Virus record (IMG/VR): IMGVR_UViG_3300028485_000003
Span: 2,247-66,246 of that record
Source of the DNA: a virus
Taxonomy: Duplodnaviria > Caudoviricetes
Reading direction: 5' to 3' (one strand)
Length of the DNA: 64,000 bases
Under the pieces are notes generated by a model, which did no database searches, was not told the DNA's origin, and worked only from the letters and a program-made list of their open reading frames with translations. Made by a program: the position numbers and the translations under genes. This document shows, one piece after another, positions 60,574-64,000 of this stretch; position 1 is the stretch's first letter, and each line of letters starts with the position of its first letter.

Positions 60574-62157
60574 TCACGCCTTCTCACCGTCCGCGGGCAG
60601 CGTGTGCAGAGCGGCCCCGCGCGGGCCCTTCTCGACGACGACACGGTCCGCGTGGACGAGCCGCGTCAGCGCCCGGCGGGTGACCGAGGCGCGGCCCGGG
60701 ATGAGCTCCTCGAGGGCGGCCTTGCTCATCGGCTCGGTGGCCTTCGCGAGGGCGGCGAGGACGGCGCCCTCCCGGTCCTTGATGTCGGCCTCCTCCTGGG
60801 CGGCCTTGTCCTTGACGGCCGCGGCTTCCTGCGGGTCGTCGTCGTGCTGGATGGGCGGGTACAGGTGGGCGTCGGCGAAGTCGTCTCCTTCGGAGCGGAT
60901 GACGAGGTCGGCGAACCAGTGCATGGGGTTGCGGCCGCCGGGGAGGGCGTGCCGGCGGATCTGTGCGGGCCGGTCCTTGGCGATGCGCAGGCGGCTGCGG
61001 CCTTCGGTGTTGATGCCGAAGGGGCGGACGGCTTCGAGCATGTACTGGACGCCGTCGACGGCATTGAGCTTGTGGACGCCGCCGAGGCTGTAGCGGCCTC
61101 TGCTCTCGTTGTTCTTGACGACGTGGTCGAGGGGGACGACGGCGGCGCCGGTGTCGGCGAGGGGGCGCAGGAGGAGTCGGCCGAACTTGGCGATGTCGGT
61201 GTTCTCTTTGAGTTCCAGGCCCATCATCACCATGGCTTCGGTGACGCCGTCGACGATGGCGAGGGAGGGGCCGAGGTCGCCTATGCGGGTGATGAACTGC
61301 CGCAGCTGTGCGGGGGTGGGGGTGGTGCCGGGGCGGACGTAGTGGAACAGGCGGTGGATGTCGTCGGGGCGGGCGCCGATGAGGAGGAGGCGGGAGACGA
61401 CGCCTTCCTCGGAGTCTTCGAAGTCCATGTAGACGACGTGGTTGCCGCGGTTGATCTCGACGAGGCAGGAGATGAGGGCGACCCAGGACTTGCCTGCCTC
61501 CGATTCGCCCTGGATGCCGTTGACGCGGCCGGGGTAGAACATGCCGATGCCGTCGTCGCGGGCGCCGATGGTGGGCTGCTGGGGTTTGTGGGTGCCGTCG
61601 AGGACGGCGGTGAGGTCGGAGAAGGTCCAGCCGGTGGGGTCGGTGCCGGCGGTGCGTGGGGTGGAGCCTTCGACGGCGCGGCTGATCTTCTCTTGGACGA
61701 GGTCGAGGACGTCGGCGAGTTCGCCTTCGCCGGAGCGCAGGAGGTGGTCGGCTTCGCCGGTGGCGCGCAGGACGTCGCGGCGGACGGAGGCGGCGTGGAC
61801 TTTTTCGGCGTAGTAGGGGGCGTTGGCGGCGGAGGGGGCGGCGCCGGGGAGTTCGTGGAGGTAGGCGGGGCCGCCGACGCGGGTGAGGTCGCCGGTGCGG
61901 CGGAGTTCGTCGGCGAGGGTGATGGGGTCGACGGGTTGGCCGCTGGTGGCGAGGGCGACGATCGCGTTGTAGACGGTTTCGTGGACGGGCCAGTAGAACT
62001 CGGGGCCTTCGAGGATGTCGACGACGTCGGGGATGACGTCTGGGGAGAGGAGCATGCCGCCGAGGACCGCGCGTTCGGCGGCCTGGTCCCGGGGGGGTGT
62101 GCGGTCCGGGACGTCCTCGTCCGCCGTGGTGCGCGGGAAGGGGCGGACGTTGTCCAC
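60574..62157 (-). CDS. Replication protein: DnaB N-terminal domain + AAA/RecA-type helicase + C-terminal wHTH-like region
   Basis: PPRDQAAERAVLGGML (DnaB-N), GESEAGKS Walker A, IVDGV Walker B. Confidence 0.85.
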   Translation of the reverse strand: MDNVRPFPRTTADEDVPDRTPPRDQAAERAVLGGMLLSPDVIPDVVDILEGPEFYWPVHETVYNAIVALATSGQPVDPITLADELRRTGDLTRVGGPAYLHELPGAAPSAANAPYYAEKVHAASVRRDVLRATGEADHLLRSGEGELADVLDLVQEKISRAVEGSTPRTAGTDPTGWTFSDLTAVLDGTHKPQQPTIGARDDGIGMFYPGRVNGIQGESEAGKSWVALISCLVEINRGNHVVYMDFEDSEEGVVSRLLLIGARPDDIHRLFHYVRPGTTPTPAQLRQFITRIGDLGPSLAIVDGVTEAMVMMGLELKENTDIAKFGRLLLRPLADTGAAVVPLDHVVKNNESRGRYSLGGVHKLNAVDGVQYMLEAVRPFGINTEGRSRLRIAKDRPAQIRRHALPGGRNPMHWFADLVIRSEGDDFADAHLYPPIQHDDDPQEAAAVKDKAAQEEADIKDREGAVLAALAKATEPMSKAALEELIPGRASVTRRALTRLVHADRVVVEKGPRGAALHTLPADGEKA

Positions 62158-62343
62158 GTACGGTCTCCTTGGTGCGGGTCTGGTGGGTTGAAGGCGCGGG
62201 AAAGAAACTGGTCAGGGCGGTTTCACCGGCGTCCCACCTGTCACCCAGTCTACCCCGGGGTGTGTAGGCACCCGCAATACGTACGGCATACAGTTTCGCG
62301 ACTGGGGGTGTGTGCTGGGTGCACGGTCAGCTACGCTGGCGTC

Positions 62344-62535
62344 ATGACGACGAAGGGCACGCCCGGCCGGATGATCCGCATCGACAACGAGGTGTGGGCG
62401 GCGTACGGGCAACTGTGCGAGGAGGAAGGAACCTCCCGCGCCGACGACGTCCGTCGTCACATCCACGCCCGGGTGAACGCGTGGCGTAAGCGCCAGCGCG
62501 ACGCCGGCGCCGCGAAGAACATCGCGAAGGACTGA
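62344..62535 (+). CDS. Ribbon-helix-helix-like small regulator
   Basis: RMIRIDNEVW...GTSRADDVRRHI; TACGCT -10 just upstream. Confidence 0.65.
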   Translation: MTTKGTPGRMIRIDNEVWAAYGQLCEEEGTSRADDVRRHIHARVNAWRKRQRDAGAAKNIAKD

Positions 62536-62537
62536 CG

Positions 62538-62873
62538 TCACCACATCGCCCCCTCAGGCCGGCGCCCCCACTGGCGCGCCTCCGGCGGGCACTGATGGCC
62601 GATCACCGTTCCGTGCCCGCACACCGTTTGGCACCGCCACAGCAGCTCCAGATCCCCGGACCGGCGCACGGCCAGGCACCACACGAGCCGGTGCGGTGTC
62701 CGTAGGGCCATGGCGTCCTCGCGGGGGATGGGGTTGGCGTCGGCGGTGACGTGGAGTGCGGCGCGCTGGCCGACGAGCTGGGTGAGCACGGGTGTGCCGC
62801 AGTGGGGGCAGGGGCGTGGCCCGGCCGCAGGGCGGCGCGGGTCGCCGCCTTTCTGCGGCCGGGCGGCGGACAT
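62538..62873 (-). CDS. Zinc-binding hypothetical protein
   Basis: CPHCG...C...HQC. Confidence 0.6.
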   Translation of the reverse strand: MSAARPQKGGDPRRPAAGPRPCPHCGTPVLTQLVGQRAALHVTADANPIPREDAMALRTPHRLVWCLAVRRSGDLELLWRCQTVCGHGTVIGHQCPPEARQWGRRPEGAMW

Positions 62874-63196
62874 CAGGCGACCTCGTCCTCGTCGCGCTGG
62901 AAGAGGGTGCCGCCGGAGGTGCGCCGGTCGTACATCTCCCGCTGGACGCCGCGGAGCCGGCCGCCGGTGATCTCGTCGGCGGCGACTTCGATCGAGGTGA
63001 CGCGCAGCTTTACGGTGGGCTGCTTGTCCTCGTCGGGGCCGGGCTCGGTGCGCTCGACGTGGGCGAGTTCGACGACGGCCATCCAGCGGCCGCGGCGCTG
63101 CTGGAACATTTCGGTGGAGTGGGGTTCGAGGGCTTCGGCGACGTCGGTGAGGATCTTGGAGTCGAACTTGACGTCGGCGTCGATGTGGATGGTCAC
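62873..63196 (-). CDS. Hypothetical protein
   Basis: VTIHIDADVKF...; AGGAAAGG SD. Confidence 0.6.
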   Translation of the reverse strand: MTIHIDADVKFDSKILTDVAEALEPHSTEMFQQRRGRWMAVVELAHVERTEPGPDEDKQPTVKLRVTSIEVAADEITGGRLRGVQREMYDRRTSGGTLFQRDEDEVA

Positions 63197-63315
63197 GGTG
63201 TGCCTTTCCTGTTTGGTGCGGTGGTTGGGGTCCGGGAGCCCGCCGGGGGGAAGGGGCGGGCTCCCGGGGTGGCGGCCGCCGCGTAGGGGGTGCCGGCGGC
63301 CGCCGATTCGGGTGG

Positions 63316-63645
63316 TCAGCTGTAGTCGTGCAGGACCAGCCAGGCCGGTTCGGGGTGCAGCTCGTGCCCGAGGCGGACGGCCACGTTGTGGAGGACGGTG
63401 GTCCAGACGGGCACCTCGTACCGCTGGCAGTCCGCGAGGGTGACGCGGGCGAACTCGTTGGCCTTGACCTCCTCGCAGACGGTGTGGAGGAAGAGCTGCT
63501 CGAAGTCGCCGAGGTACGTGTGCTCGACTCGGCCGAGGCGTTCGCCGTCGGGCTGGTCGGCGAGGACGGTGTCGAGGTGCTCGAAGTCGGTGGTGGCGGG
63601 GACTTCGAAGCCGTATGCGCGGTAGGTGGAGTGGTAGAGGCCCAT
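63316..63645 (-). CDS. Hypothetical protein
   Basis: MGLYHSTYRAYG...WLVLHDYS; TGATG coupling. Confidence 0.6.
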   Translation of the reverse strand: MGLYHSTYRAYGFEVPATTDFEHLDTVLADQPDGERLGRVEHTYLGDFEQLFLHTVCEEVKANEFARVTLADCQRYEVPVWTTVLHNVAVRLGHELHPEPAWLVLHDYS

Positions 63646-63941
63646 CAGGTCCGTTCCTTCTGCTGGTGGTCGACCGCGGCCTGGGCCGCGCGGTAGGCGT
63701 TCGGATGGGAGCGGCGCTTGCCGGAGGCGACCGCCCGCGCGTCGGCCACACGGGACTCGTTCAGCGGCGACGGCGTCGTCCACGCCGCGGCAGGCCAGCC
63801 GGGGCCGGGCTCGTTCTCGTCCAGGCCCTTGAGGGCACGCGGGGTGTGTGCCGGGCAGCGGTCGCCGGTGAGGTACGGGCGGACGTCGTCGGTGGCGTGG
63901 CAGTGGCGGTGTTCGGCGCCGATCCAGTGCGTGCACCTCAT
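63645..63941 (-). CDS. Small Cys/His protein
   Basis: CTHW...C...CPAHTP. Confidence 0.6.
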   Translation of the reverse strand: MRCTHWIGAEHRHCHATDDVRPYLTGDRCPAHTPRALKGLDENEPGPGWPAAAWTTPSPLNESRVADARAVASGKRRSHPNAYRAAQAAVDHQQKERT

Positions 63942-64000
63942 GACGCCAGCGCCTTGGTGGTGCCGGTCCGGCGCAGCCGGTTGTCCCGGTCGGTGTTCGC

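Larger units (their letters stand above)
1..64000. mobile_element. Temperate actinophage (siphovirus) genome segment, Streptomyces-like; extends beyond both window edges
   Basis: Contiguous integrase, repressor, terminase, portal, capsid, tape measure, endolysin/holin and replication modules; no host genes recognised; ORFs truncated at both edges. Confidence 0.95.

Overview
The whole window is high-GC (about 70% by eye) temperate siphovirus DNA of Streptomyces type; no host housekeeping genes are recognisable. Almost all real genes lie on the minus strand. Read from 64000 leftwards the order is: replication and early genes (DnaB-N/AAA helicase with an adjacent iteron origin), small accessory and membrane genes, a PP2C phosphatase, a putative small terminase, an 8-gene nucleotide-sugar/glycosyltransferase/methyltransferase block, large terminase, a further glycosyltransferase, portal, a 2H-phosphoesterase-MuF-protease fusion, two capsid proteins, tail genes, endolysin/holin and another glycosyltransferase. 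Then come accessory regulators, a tRNA-Sec-like 3' fragment in attP configuration, a tyrosine integrase, a repressor/Cro switch and early recombination genes. The most striking feature is the phage-encoded glycan pathway (RmlA, RmlB, a second SDR, 5 glycosyltransferases, a methyltransferase) embedded in the morphogenesis region. It shares a recurring CCGGAA-N21-YACNNT promoter-like motif with the structural genes, which suggests late-expressed virion or surface glycosylation. All product calls come from motif recognition by eye, not database searches.
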